From positions 5,907,434 through 5,971,433 of the forward strand of contig CM082593.2 in NCBI GenBank assembly GCA_040954595.2: DNA of 64,000 nucleotides, given 5' to 3'. The notes under the pieces were generated by a model. The model was not told the origin of the DNA. It ran no database searches and saw only the letters and a list, made by a program, of their open reading frames with translations. Source of the stretch: Balanoglossus misakiensis. Taxonomy: Eukaryota; Animalia; Hemichordata. How positions within the stretch are numbered: the stretch's first letter is position 1; each line of letters opens with the position of its first letter. Positions 12,160 through 26,101 of this stretch are shown in pieces. The position numbers and the translations under genes are program-made.

Positions 12160-13555
12160 TGTCTGTCTTTGTGGTGCACATCTCTGTCTCAGTTTGCCAT
12201 ATCCTCCATTTCCCACTCTCTCATCACCCTCCAATATTCCCCCCTTTACCCCCACCCATCTCTTGATCCCCAGCCATCCATGTTTCAATCATTCTGTGTT
12301 GGTAGTAAGGAGAAACACGTGTGCACACCACGAAAAAAGACCTTCAGCGTTAGACTGCCTCATATAAGTTATATTAATTGTGGAAATAAATACTTTATAG
12401 TATAGATAAAGCAGATAGACGGGTGTAATATTACACCGAGGAATAGGGTGATACTGTACGCGGCAGTCGTACGATATTCAGTCAACGAGTTCGAAAGGAA
12501 AAAAGAAAGAATTAATTAAACCATACAAGCCTTGGTAGGTCGTGTATGCTGTTTGAAACTCATTGAGGTGTACCAATCTTTGTCGTTTAAATAGAAGTAA
12601 AATATATCGAACGATGGCGTTGTTTTCAAGTTTATGAAATATCAAAATTGCGTCCACGGATTGTGACTTTCATTATCACGACAGTACCAAAAATTGTGTC
12701 TTAGTTGAACACGACTGGAGAATAAATAAGTAAAAACAAATGTTTTCAGCAACAGATAATTCATTCGTGAAATATGCCCACAGGTGGCGAGATACTTTCG
12801 CTGATTCCAAGTTATTCACCCGTGTCTGTTTGTTGGTGTCATCTTTACTAAGCAGCCGGTCATAAACGCTATAAATATCGGCTTCCCCGCCTTTGACGTG
12901 TTGTTTGCGATAGTGTTTTATGGAGTCGTTGTGACTCCCTTCAATAGAGTGATATAATTTATAAGGTTCGTAAAGTTCTTCAATGGATTTTCCTCATGGT
13001 GGTTCTGTGTTGCTGATTTTTTATAGCGCGATATCAGAGCTGTCACGTGTTATACTTCGCTACCTGTGGCCTTCCCATCGGGCCGTAAATCATGGCTTAC
13101 CCACAATTCACTTTGTGGTGAGCCGCGCTCATAAAACAAAGTATGGAAGTATCCGTTGCTTCTTTCTCCGCGTTTTGCGCCGTCTCTAGTATCATCGGGC
13201 TATCAAACAGAAGCCGTAACCTCGATTCGGCAAATACAGACTCACACGCAACGGCGGAAGTCGTCGCACGTACGCGCCGGGAGAGCGGTCAGCGGGGAAA
13301 CGGTGTCGAGGATACGGGGTGGAGGATGGCCGCGGCCGCGGCCGCGTCACAATGGAATAATACGCTCGCGGCGGTCTTTTATTTAAAAAAGCATCGCTCT
13401 CGTTTGCAGTCGTAAAATTAACACGGTTCCCTGTGATTAATCGAGCATTGAACCTACGTGACGTCACCGCCGAAACGAACCACGTAAAGTCGTTCGCCGT
13501 AAACGATGAAAATTGTTTGTAACGCCCGCTAAAAGTGTCGCGGTCATCCCCGTGG

Positions 13556-13611
13556 TAGCCTAGTCCTGGCCGTATTTTGTCCGCTTTGTCCGCCGGGCTA
13601 GGACTAGGCTA
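13556..13611. mobile_element. 56-bp TAGCCT...AGGCTA inverted-repeat mini-element
   Basis: Arms tagcctagtcctggcc and ggctaggactaggcta are 15/16 complementary around a 24-nt spacer. No target-site duplication is visible. Confidence 0.5.
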
Positions 13612-16600
13612 TTATAAAAACTGATAACTGTTGTCTGGATTATGGACCTTTGGGATACAAAATTAACGTTTCAAACATTTTAAAAGCATCAACTTTTATT
13701 ACACACGCAATTTTTAAAATTTTATAGGTTAGTTTATCAAATTTACTTTCAAGCTTACTCTTTTGACGTATTTGTTTTTGTCAGTTCTGGTGTTAAATTT
13801 ACAACTCGAAAATGCTGCATGTTCAGTTTCTAACCATATTAACCACACATATTTCGAGTGGTGACATGTTTTTTAATACTCCAGAAAACAAGAAAGACGG
13901 ACACGTTAGCTATCCCCCCCCCCGCCGTTGCCAAGGAAACTGAATGTGACAAGGCAACTCACAGGTGCATTTAATTATTTTTCCCCGGGGGGAGTATCAC
14001 TTAAAATCGAGACATATAAAACGTACATAAATATCCATTAGACATCTCAGCCGGTGCGACCATTCAGTTTCGCTACGACCTTCATTAATATGATATTAAG
14101 AGTTTGTCAAATACCAAGCCTCGAATAAAAATAAAAATTAAACGACTCAATTGCTGGTTGGCTAGTTAAAAGCGAAGGTGAACGCAGCGGCACCTTTGAT
14201 GCGCCGGCTTCTGTCAGCCAAGACTCTTGATCCGTGCATTACGAGTATTCACAAGTAGACAGTTTTTGACAGACATGAAATTTTACGACGGTTCGGTTGT
14301 TTTTGAGGTCTTTACTGCACTACTTAAGCGTTAAGCTTTGCGATATTATGGCGGGCACCTACAGAACCCATTACACGACTATAGAAGCCATACTGCGGCA
14401 ATACCACTGTTTTATTGAGAACTCTTCTCATTAACCAGAAAATAAAGTTGAAATATTTACGAGCACTACGCAAATAAGTCTCCCTGCAACTGCCAGGTAG
14501 TATAATTTATTGTCATTGTTGCATTGACCTCTTGTCGTCTGCACCATCCATTTTGCCGCGGAAGAGTTATGGCGGGAAGAATTTGTCATTTGCTGACGAC
14601 ATTATCTGCACTACGTCATCACCAATAACAATTTACTGCCCACTGGTTGCGATTATTAGCGCGGAGAAGCGTGTTTATGAGAAAAACATGTCCCTGAAAT
14701 ATGCAAATGATGATGACGAGAAGAAAGGTATACGTGGATACATGCAAAGTGACGAAATTTTATAACTTAAACTTAAGAAGAAGATGCGGCCATTTTTTTA
14801 CCCGGCATTCGCGTGAGAACAGGGGTGTATCACTTGTAGGCGTTTAAACAAGGCACAACAAAGTACGACGCCGTCAAACTCCATACACCTTACTTTCAGA
14901 TGATGTCTGTCGTCACGATCTGTGTCGAGAGACCAATCCATATTCCTCGTGATAAAGACCCGTTGCACTTTAAGGCAATTTATTTTCTTATCTCGAATCG
15001 AGGATGTCGACTAGCGCCTCAACTGGGCAAAAAACTGTTGTCATTATCTACGTTCAAATGTGATGGATGTACAGTCTCGAAACTACACATTTCGTTATCT
15101 CGGCCAGAACGAGATATTATGGCGATATTTCTCTGCGTTCTAATGCAGGCAGGCTGATTTCTGTGTGATCGGGGTAAAATTTATGGAACTTGAGAGCAAA
15201 CATCTTCGCTACCGGAGAACATTTTAAACTGATCTCTGAAAGCGATCTCGTTATGGCCAATCCCTGTAACGATTTCAAGCCACGCTGCGGAGATTTCCAT
15301 CATGGTATGGGGTTCAAACAATCGTTGAAGTAACGAGGCAAAAAGAGTGGAAGCGATAGGTCCTAGATTATAATCATAGCTATAAACTACATCAAGTGAA
15401 TATTAAAGAATCACATTCGTGACAGGAGTTTTTTTGTTTAAATCAAAGTTTTTTCTACTCTGTGTATTTCATTTTACATTTCTCCGAATTTTAAAGCAAA
15501 GTAATGAAGACAGGGTTTCAGAAAACAACTCCAGAAAATTTCGGGTGGCATTCGGATAGTGATAAATAGTATATATGCTTGAATTATGATATTTCTCATA
15601 TATCGCCGCTTCAGATACACTCCCCCCACATGTGCACGTTGCAGCACGCCACCTATCGATTTCACAGGCCTGATATCGTCGCAATATTCGAGTCGACGAT
15701 CGTATTAGACGCGGTCGACTCTATTTACGCCGAATCCCCACCGAGAACGACGATCACTCATTCGAGTACTTTGCGTAATTTCAGCTGACAATGACAAACG
15801 AGGTATTTTCAGAACCCCCATTTTTCACAATACCGGGCAAAGAAATGCTCTGATAAGTATAATAGAGCCAGTAGATTAATTGCTGTATTGTAGACAAGGT
15901 GAATAAAACAAGAATTATGGGCGACTATAAAATACGTTGTTATAACTCATGTTACATTGTATGATCCAAGAAAAGCGGGGAGTTAGGAAGTTGAAGTGAC
16001 GACTCGGGCAGCCTCGTTCAGAGCTGAAACTTTCACCTGTTCGGAGAGACAGCGCGCGACCGCCCAGTCACCCCAAGTATACACGCAGGGCATTTTATAG
16101 GATATTTGACTCTCTTTGACACGCAAAATCATATCTGTTTGAGGCAATTGCCTGCACTTTTGATGAACTTTAATTATTTGCAAGTCAAGATGGAAACCGT
16201 TATCGAGTCCGCACGTGAAACTAAAACAGCAAAAACGCACAAGTTGGTGTTGCTAATTGTATTCGAACCATATAATTTTTGGTAACATTTTGGTAATGCG
16301 GTTAAAATCGCACGCCATCTTCTTAAATATCGAGCACGATTTGAAAAGATTGTCACATACTGTTTTTGATTATGCAAAATCGCAGAAGGTGATAACTTCT
16401 CTAGTTGGTTACAATTTATTAAAGTCGACCGAGCGAAATAAATTTTACAGCATATATCGTTGGTGTACTTATTCCGTTTTATTTTATAGCTATCCACTGA
16501 TTAAATTCGAACCTTTATATATCTCAGGAAATGACACCTTTCAGGATTTATTGGAAAGTCACTTTTAGACGCAAAGTTGAATCTTTCGACCTGAGGTGAT

Positions 16601-19600
16601 ATTGGACTCATTTTCCTGAAACATGTTGCACTACGGGTTCCAAATTCATTAAACTGCATGCAGGCGTGTGTGCATTAATTTGGTGGTCGGGACTCTATGT
16701 ATTGAAGAAAATGTCTGCCTATAACTAACTAATATATCAGTAGGGTAAGTACGCTCCTACCGACGAAAGTTCGAGCAGACGACAATGCGCACAAACGAAA
16801 AAAATTACCCGAAAAAAGCCCGCCCAAATATAAAGGTGGGGTATTTTCGACTGGTGGGCATTTCTAAAACTTTAATGTTTGTTATGTAATCGATAATGTA
16901 CGAGTGGAGTGCAATTATTCAGATATTGAACGACACGCGACGAGGGCCGCAATCTCATCAACCAATCACAAGCCTCACCGACTGCACCTGGTGAATGATA
17001 CATTTCGATTGGATAGTTGTCGTCCAGTTCGTTTGCCAGGTGGTCAGTGAGGTGCCGTTTCCATCATTCGAAACTCAGTCTTTGACGTGTGAACATCATG
17101 GCTGAATTTGGTGACAGCAACGACCTGTGTATTACCCAGAGCAATTTTCGACAACCAAATGAAAGTGAAGGTCAGGACTGTAACGATATGGACTTGGATT
17201 TTCCACAATTTTGGTAGCCTCATCCAAGATAATGTACATAAACCATTGCTCATGGAATGTGCCTTGACGAAAATCGAGGGTGCCTCTTCTCCTGGCTTGA
17301 AGACCCATGGCGCACGTCCCCTAACCGGTGAGTAACATATTTCCGTCAATTTTCTCGAAACATGTAAATATAAAGTTATACTTGATAGGGAATTTTCAAT
17401 TGTACGTCACGGTACTTCAAGGAAGTTTTGTTTCGTCGAAAAAAATAAAACTTTCGGGCGAAACCGTGTGCAAAGGTCGAGCCCAGCGCAGAGATTACAA
17501 ACAAAGATGGCCGATAATGTCCCGAGAGTCTGGGTACGGCACGTGTGGTATTTAAATTAGGAGAAGAGAGGCTGCCTGTTCTGATGAGGTCGCTTTTCAC
17601 CAGACAGTTCTAATTTGAATTTGCATGATGTTTACCTCGTCGATAGGTCAGTACAAGATGAAATAATTATCCTAAACACGGCTTAGTTTTGTTAAAAAGG
17701 GTGTAATTTAGAGGAAATGGGAGAAAAATTGAATAATATTCCGTAAACGGAAATTTGATCAAAAAGGCATTACTTGATGATTCATGCCTCTTAAGTTCGG
17801 CAGCTAAAAATCGTGGGTAATTATTAGTCATTTTGGATATTTTAGCGATTAATAGGGCACTACTAGTTTTAAAAATGAAGCCAAACTATTTCAAAACAGC
17901 CACTTATATGGCGCTTAGAGCAGTGAATGATTGGCGAGAAAACGTGTTTATCGTTTGGGATTGCAGCTGCGGTGTCGACTGAGGCACCGCCTTCGCTCTC
18001 TGGTTAATAGTTGAGAACGCCATATTTCACAAAGCTGAAAGTACTGAAGTCTAGACAAATTGGCCAACAACAGCGAACAACCGGACGAGTTTTCTTCATT
18101 TCCGCTTGTGTCGATTTCCGGCCAAACTGCTGCTCACGACCCGGCTGTGACATCGTAAATCGTCTCCCCCCCCCCCCCGCGGAAGGAGGTGACATTTCCC
18201 CGTCACCTACGCGCGCGCGGACAGCCAGATATCACCCTTCATGTTTGTTCTAACGGATCCGCCAATTAGCGTCAATTGTCGCTAATCTCCGATAATTTAC
18301 AATCAACGCCACACCGCGCCGTCTTATCAGTTTGTGTTCTGTCAGACAATTAAAACGGCTCCACCGTGATGGATTACCCCGGCTGAATCCGATTTGCGCG
18401 AAACCATAACAGTGACGTGTCTCCTCCGTTACTAAGATATGCAGAAGCCTATCAAGCGCCAATCCGTGTCCATTTGTCTAAATATCACCGCCTGGCATAA
18501 TAAATGATATTTGATTGATTCAACTCGTTATCGGATCGAGGTATTAAGTCGGCGTGATTAAAGACTTTTCAAGTGTTGTTTTTGTTGGCGGGCGGCCTGT
18601 GTTTGCCCCGTACTTGAAATCACTGCAGGGCCCTACATACGTATCACTCATTTGTGATCGTCCTATCGCCTCAGCCACTCACATCAAACACGGACCCGGC
18701 GTTGCCGACTAAACTGACATCATCATATCTCGGAAGATCTTTTGTCGAGTCACATGACTGCAAACCATGCCCTTTTTTCACCATTTCTGTTCGCAGCAAC
18801 TCGGTGATAATTACTATACGCGTCCGCGCGTGCCCCCTCATGGTTTTATGATTTTTAAACGATACATAGCAGACAAATGTGTTTGCTTGGCGATCAATAA
18901 TCATCATGCCTAATCAGATTTTGCACGCACCGACATGTTCATGAAAAGGCCAATTTTAGCTGTATCTTTTTTCTATTTTTCGTAGTGATTGGTTTGGATC
19001 AAAGCAACCTATGAAAATGTAAAGCGTGACCAAGGACAAGTTTTCAAGTATTGGCGACAAAGGTAAAACTTAGATTTTAACAAATAAGTATTTGTCAACT
19101 CTCACTCACGCTCACACTGACAGCTACCGCGGCGTAAAACACATTGTCGTAAAACACGAGCCTCTTTACGGCAACTGCTCCATGCGTTCCCGAAACAATG
19201 CGCGGTGAAGCGATGTCTCGCGAAAACGGTAAAACGCAGCGGCTCTTCTGAAGTTATATGACGAAGACACCGAGATAACTTATTCTCTTTGATCGTGAAT
19301 ATGTTTGAAATAGAATCCTATGATGTACCTCTCCCTGAACAGGTGTACTGTAACTTTTATGTATAACTTGTCACGGTGTCCCATTTAAAATGATTTTGCA
19401 GTAGGCCTAAGGGACTTGTAATTAACTACTAGTAATTATAACTGGAAAACTATTGCAATTATAATCATGATTGTCATTATAGGGATATAACAGGTCAACA
19501 TGTAACATTCTTATATTCATGATATACGCGTTGTCATGAATAACCCATAACCAATATACAACTTGCAGACGCACTACTATTCCCGTGGGGGGAAATCTTT

Positions 19601-22600
19601 AGAAAACAATTTAATAGTATCGTTGTGTCTGTTGAGAGGAAAGAACTGTTATTAAATACCCTTTCCTGTGTGCCAACATAATCTGAGCCTATTCCAAGTA
19701 AAAGGGCCGATAAAATATTTAAAGGCGTTTCAATCCCTTGAAAATGATATGGGTGATATATGTAAGGAGAGAAACATTGTCAGGTCATACGAGCTGTGTG
19801 TTCCATTACTTGAGGCAACTGTATATACTCTCTGTCGCTCTTATCGTCATGCCAACATTTCAAAGAACCTACAGAACAATAGTTTTATTTCATTCTTTTT
19901 TGATAAAAAATAGTGATCACCACAAACAAGACATTTCTCGTCCCCGTCCGACGCACGTTTCCTCCCTACCCACGTGACACTACTTAATATTCATTGGGTT
20001 AAGCTGGTGGCATCGTTTGCGCTTTACCTCTCACGGGTTTGCAAGTAAATGGCCCGTGCCAAATAAAGCATTTCATTTTAAACTATTTCCGATAGCCCGT
20101 GACATTGATGAAATCGCCAAACCATGACCTAATTACTTTCTTATCATCGCTTCATCTTCTTAATTAATATCGAATAGCTCAGTCCCGTTTAAAGCCCCAG
20201 GCGTCAAGAGCGCCCTCGGCGGTAGGCAATTTGTGACACTAAAAACAAGCAACCTTGTTGAAAGATTTTTTGAGTATTACATTAACCGATTTGGAGAATT
20301 TAAAATTTTTTCAATAATATTTATCAAGCGGGTACATTAACCCTGTGACGTCAGCGCTGGGAATATTGTGACAAGTGTAGGCAACATTTATTCAAACGCA
20401 CCTGTTTTCATGTCATTATTTCTCAGTAATTGTCCAAAAATATGACAAGAGAGGAGAGGTGCGTGGGGTCATAATTTCCGCCGACAGCGTTGGACTAATG
20501 TAGCAAATATTTAACAGGATGTAATATGACAGAATCGATGTCACGTGACGTAACCGGGGAGCACTGCTCTCGGTGACAGAGTGGCAATTAGGAATATCAA
20601 ATTAGGGATGTTATGTACGCCAGGTCCCAAACCGCGCGCTGTCTCACTTGGCGGGCCTGTCGGCAGCTAACCAGAAGTGAAAGATCACAGTTGGGCGCCC
20701 TACCTTGCTCCACTCATGCTCAGTGTACCCTACCCTGCACCCACCCACCTCCCTGCCCCGGACACGACCGCCAGTCCCGACCCATCCCACCATGCACCTG
20801 GGTTCTTAATCACGAAAAGTCTCATTATTACAAACTGTGTCCTGTTCATTTTCCCCTACATGCAAATCGTGTGTGGATGTTATATGGACTGCTGGCACTA
20901 TTAGTAACCAGGCAGGCTTACTCCTTCGCTTAACTCATTTGATATATGGCGGCTCAAATTGCAAGTTGGCAAAATTACTGAATACTGAATCGTTAGTTGA
21001 TTTAGCAATTTATCACGATTGGATCGAGACTTATTTGTCACAAGTGATTGGCCAATTGAAGGACGTATTTTGGGTTAGTTTGTTTCATTGATTGGTCAAT
21101 TAGAATGAGTATTTGCGGCTTGTCGAAGGACGATTGGTCGATTGATCATTTCGGGTCGATCGATCGCGCATCCGCCCGTACATTCATTCGTTCGGTTGAA
21201 AAAAGGGTCTTCCTCTATTTCCAAGAGCCAGCGCACTGGCAGACGACAGGAGGGTCCCGCTGGTTGTTTGTTGGTCGGTTCCAAAACTACACTAAATTGT
21301 TCATACCTGTTCTCTGTTTGGTGTTGCGATAGACCCAGGGTCCATGCTTTTAACCAACACCTATACCTGTCCTAAATTGTTGGTTCGATAGTCATATACT
21401 TGTTTCCCCGGAGCCTGTACTTTGTTTGTGCAAATTTATTGCCGAGACGGCGCTCGATTTACGGGCAGTGCGAACGTAGTCATTTCAGCTAGTCTCCCCG
21501 CTGTCCCATTAAAGCAAATAACAAGACAACCTATTGTATGTTGCCCAGTACACTCCTTGCAATTTATTTTCTCCCTGCAACCCGCAGAATGAATAGTTGA
21601 CATAAATTTTCGGCTGATTAATTAGTGCATGCATATACAAATACCCATTTATTCAAGTCTGAAATTTGACAGCCTCCGAGTGATTTATGGAGAAACAGCT
21701 GTCTTTGTGAATGCAAACTGGAGAATTGAAAACACTAAATTGTTCTGTTTTTAATTTATGACTAAATGAGAACATATATCAGCCACGTTTTGCGGGTATT
21801 GTTCATTTTGACATGGTAATTCATTTGGAAACACGAAGTCCAGATTTCTGTGTCTCCATTTCCCCCTTCGTATAGTGACCTGTCCGCCAATGCTATAAAT
21901 TATACAAGTCCGCGTGACCAGTTTCTCAATGTCGCTGTACGTATATAGCGGACTCCGCGCGGCCGAGACTGAGTCTCTAAGTCCGATTTCTCCCTTCCAT
22001 GACAGACGAGCGACAGTCGCGATGAAGATGGTGCGATAGATGAAAAAACGTGACAGCTACCCGATAGGCATTTCTATGCGGCCCTATGCTGTCGTTTTCC
22101 CCGAGTGATGAAGATATAACAAGGAAATTTATCAACAATTTTACCATTATCGCTCATATAGGGCGTGCGCGTCGCCGGACCAGAGATAACGCCAAGTGCC
22201 TTATGGGATCGATATTTGACACCGTAACAATTATTGCGGGGGGGGGGAGAGACACATATGAATTTAATGCGACGAAATCGGTCACTTTTTCTCATAAGTT
22301 TTGTTATTTACAGTTATATTATTGGAGGTCCCTGTGAAAAATTGTGAATGATGGTCCAGAGCAAAGTTGTCCCAAATTCAAAAATGACGGCCACTCTCTA
22401 TGGGTAAAATTTACTGACTTTTATTCAAAACAAGGCGGTGAACACCCTCTTTTTTATTTTCAAGAATCCTTCGACACTTTACTATAGCAAGGAATTGAAA
22501 GGTTTGGAGCACTATCATTCTTCAGAAAACATGTCCCGAGGGGCGTGTACTATACCTTGACATATATTTCCGAGAATGACGGGTGTTGAGAAGGAAACCT

Positions 22601-23060
22601 GTAACTTAAGTATCGAAATCCGGTAAAGGGGTTCATCATACCATTCTTCGTTCGACCGGAGTGCTGGAACCATGGACTTGAACTCCTGAGCTATCGCCAC
22701 GGCTGTGTCCACTTAGCTCTATTTTAGCTTTCATTTCGACTGTAGTAGGCCTAATTATCAATATGTTGTCATAATTGTAACTGTTAACTCGTTTTAAGCA
22801 ATTGATCACTGTCGACCACAATTGCCAGTGCTTGTGTTTGCCAGTTTTATTAGAATTCATAAAATTTGAGTTGCACCGAGTGCAGTATCGGTTTTTACCG
22901 AGTGCTCCAATCGCTTGTGGTGTCACAAAACACGGCTGTCATGTTTGCAATGCAATCGAGTTACCAGGGACTTTTCGCTCGGAGCTGAACGAACAAACTG
23001 TCGGAAACAGATTGTGCATGGTACAGCATATTAAATATATTTAGCAACCCTTCAATCACG

Positions 23061-23209
23061 GATAGACAGGCAGGCAGGCAGACAGACAGACAGACAGACA
23101 GACAGACAGGCACTCAGGCAGACAGACACAGTAAGACAGACGGTAGGGAGGTAGGTAGATAGGTATTAGATGGATAGATAGTTAGATAGATAGATAGATA
23201 GATAGATAG
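23061..23209. repeat. Compound (GGCA)/(GACA)/(GGTA)/(GATA)n microsatellite
   Basis: Tetranucleotide runs directly visible. Confidence 0.9.
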
Positions 23210-26087
23210 GTCTCTGGTATTAATAATTTATTTGACCAAGAAATTTGTGATTAAATGTGTATTGTCACAAATCTACCATGCAGCCTTAAGTCGCCATTAT
23301 ACATACTTAACAAATCTCGTGAAATGTACAATAAAACAATGAACACGCTATAAAACCATATGTGACACCATAATGGAATAGACAGGCGCGTATCACGGAG
23401 TTGATCATGACATGTTTTTTGTCACAATTTAAACCATGTTGCTGTGTTTGGCATTCTTAAAAGAAGAATTCAGATTTGCTGCCACGTGACTAGGCAACCA
23501 GCAATATTTTTGGGCCAAATATTCTTGATATTCTGTAAAGTTATTGTGGTTGGAATCCGTAAAATTTTCACCATTTATTTTACGAGTTGAATCAAACAAA
23601 CATAGATTATCTACTTAAGCGCTCTCCTGGTCCCCCAACCTTTATCGTAAAATTTTATATCCATGCGAAATCCGCGCACAAACTGTTTTAAGGGGATTGT
23701 ACACTTTTTAAGGGGGTATGTGTGTACACGTGGTTCTGATAGTTTCGAATGCGCTAGGCCCCTCAAGAACCCGACGATTTCCACCTATCCTTCTGATCGA
23801 ACAGACACTTACAAGTCCACAATTGTACTCTGGGCCGCGCTCAACCCGTTTGCGCCTGCGCGCACTCAAGAACAATAGAATGAACACAGGCAGGGCTCGA
23901 CTTTCGAAACCGAGTCACCGACACTTGTCGTCGAGGTTACAGACCCTTTCCTCGCCGTATTTGTATTCAGCGCAATCTTTTGACCGGCGGAGCAGACGAG
24001 GAGCGAATACAATGGGGATAATGTCAGGCGATATCAGTATTGAGTGCCCAACAGATCCAACTAAGTATTATCCGGAGCCACCCATTGTAAAACAATCAAC
24101 AACACACGATCGAGTGTTTTCATTCAGTTCATGATAGATGACTTTCCCCACCATCAAAATAATTTTTTTTGCCCTGTATTGTTAATTTTCATTTCAGCGA
24201 AAACAACATACCCGCTTAAAGCTAGATTCTACGTTTGGCTGGGAAAGCAGCGGGCTTTCATATATACCTGTATATGTTTAAAAATATTCTCCAGCGCGTC
24301 GCGTCTCGCCAGAAGTTTGCAACATTTATGGGGAAAAAACCGTCGAAACGCATTAGTCTGTCAAAGCGGATGACACGAAATGGAAAGATAATTAGAATGA
24401 TTAATGAGGTACGATTATTAATTGCCGCATCAATAGCACAAAATCTAGAAGGCAATAAAAATCGAACCCCGTGGGCTGTATCGAGCTGGCTACACGATGA
24501 TTTATTGCCATGGTAACACAAGGTTATCGCTTGTTTGCATCACAAAGCAGAGTGTACAAAAGATGATAGATGGCAGGTTGTCATAGTGACAAAAGACGAT
24601 GATGGATCGGTGTGCATTTGAGACAAAGGGATGTCGGAGACAGAACAGCGGACGCCATAGTACGAGGAACCGACACGAGCAAGACCTATGAAAGACCTGA
24701 CGCGCAACACAAATAAAGCGAAATTTATTGATGGGAAAGTAGACTCGCGGAGATAAACTTGTAGAGCGTGTGTGAACTATAACAAACCTGAATGGTGACA
24801 TAACAATAGATTGATTGGATCCGACGAATTGTGTTTGCAGATGCGTTGAGTACAATCTTGAGGAGTTAAGTTGATAATTACAACTTTCGGTAAAGGGGTA
24901 ACTGCAGGCAGGAGTGCATAGGGGCGGCTCGAGTATATGAAAAGAGGTTTGAGATAAAGGGCATATTGTGTAGATTTATGGGTTTGTAGACAATAGACAA
25001 GTCAATTGGTGGGTGAATGGTCGGTGGATAGATTGATGGATGGACGCATATGCCTATAGGGATGATGGATGGATGGGGTGGGTGGGTGAAATGCCCGGAA
25101 GGGGGGGGGGGGTAGTTTTGGTGCAGGTGGGTGGGGATCAAGGTGGAAGGAACTTCAGATGAACGGTTGGAGGGGAGGGGGGGGGGGCGGTAGGTGACTG
25201 AAATTCACGAGGGAGTCTGGTCTGGGGGTACTCCCAAAGTTGGCTGTATACAGATGTGTTGCCGTTTGTTGGTCTGATTTTCACCAATTTTGGTCCAATA
25301 TTTGGTGACTTGGTCATGTTCAAAATGAGGTCTATACCAAATGCATTGCAGTTGTTTGACTTCGGTTAAAGGTACATGTAATAAGTCTAAGTGGTCTACA
25401 GTAGGGATTTGGAGTTGTCGGTTGAAAATGGCAGATTCCTTCCCCTTTAATACAACAAAGCACAGCATTTCCGAATACAGGTGCCCGAGCATCGATTATA
25501 CTGATTAAGCTGTTACTTTAGTCGTCCATTTCTCCAAATGAATAGAGCGACCTGCTGCGTTGCATGACGGGATAACAAATGACTTGTCGGATAGCTCCAG
25601 ACAGGCGGGAAAGTAGGAAAAGGCATATTGAGATAAATGCAATATTATCGGCTATTTGGCTGGCTGGACGCATATCCTTCATAATGGGTAGGGTAGATTG
25701 TTGGATCTGAGCTCAGACTGATTGATGAGACAATTGGATCGTACACGGAAAAGCCGGAAATGGTAAACTCATTGAAATATTGACTGACTAAATTTATGGC
25801 ATTAATTTGCGGTGTTGATTGATTGATCGATTGATAACGTGGTTGATCGACTGTCAGGATGACTGATCGGTTTATGGATTCTTAACGGCTACTGTACTCG
25901 ATGGAAAATTAAACAGCAGTCTTTGCGCGCGTTCTTGGAATAGAATATTTGAAAGTAAATGTTCCCGCGCATAATACAGATCCATATACTAGTAAACAAA
26001 CCCCGAACTCACGAACACGCATTGAGTTTATTTGCACCGGCTGCAGTACCAGCAGCACGTCGCCTTGGTAACACCCCGCGAATACAC

Positions 26088-26101
26088 GCGCCATCTGATG
26101 G
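26088..26101 (-). promoter_or_regulatory. CTCF-like motif
   Basis: Minus strand reads CCATCAGATGGCGC. An X-box-like GTCGCCTTGGTAAC lies at 26059-26072. Confidence 0.45.

Noticed and set aside
22330-22560. Probable decayed DNA-transposon fragment (aaattcaaaa-tg motif echoed near 30128 and 44939)
   Set aside because: Termini and target duplication could not be defined by eye; needs RepeatMasker.
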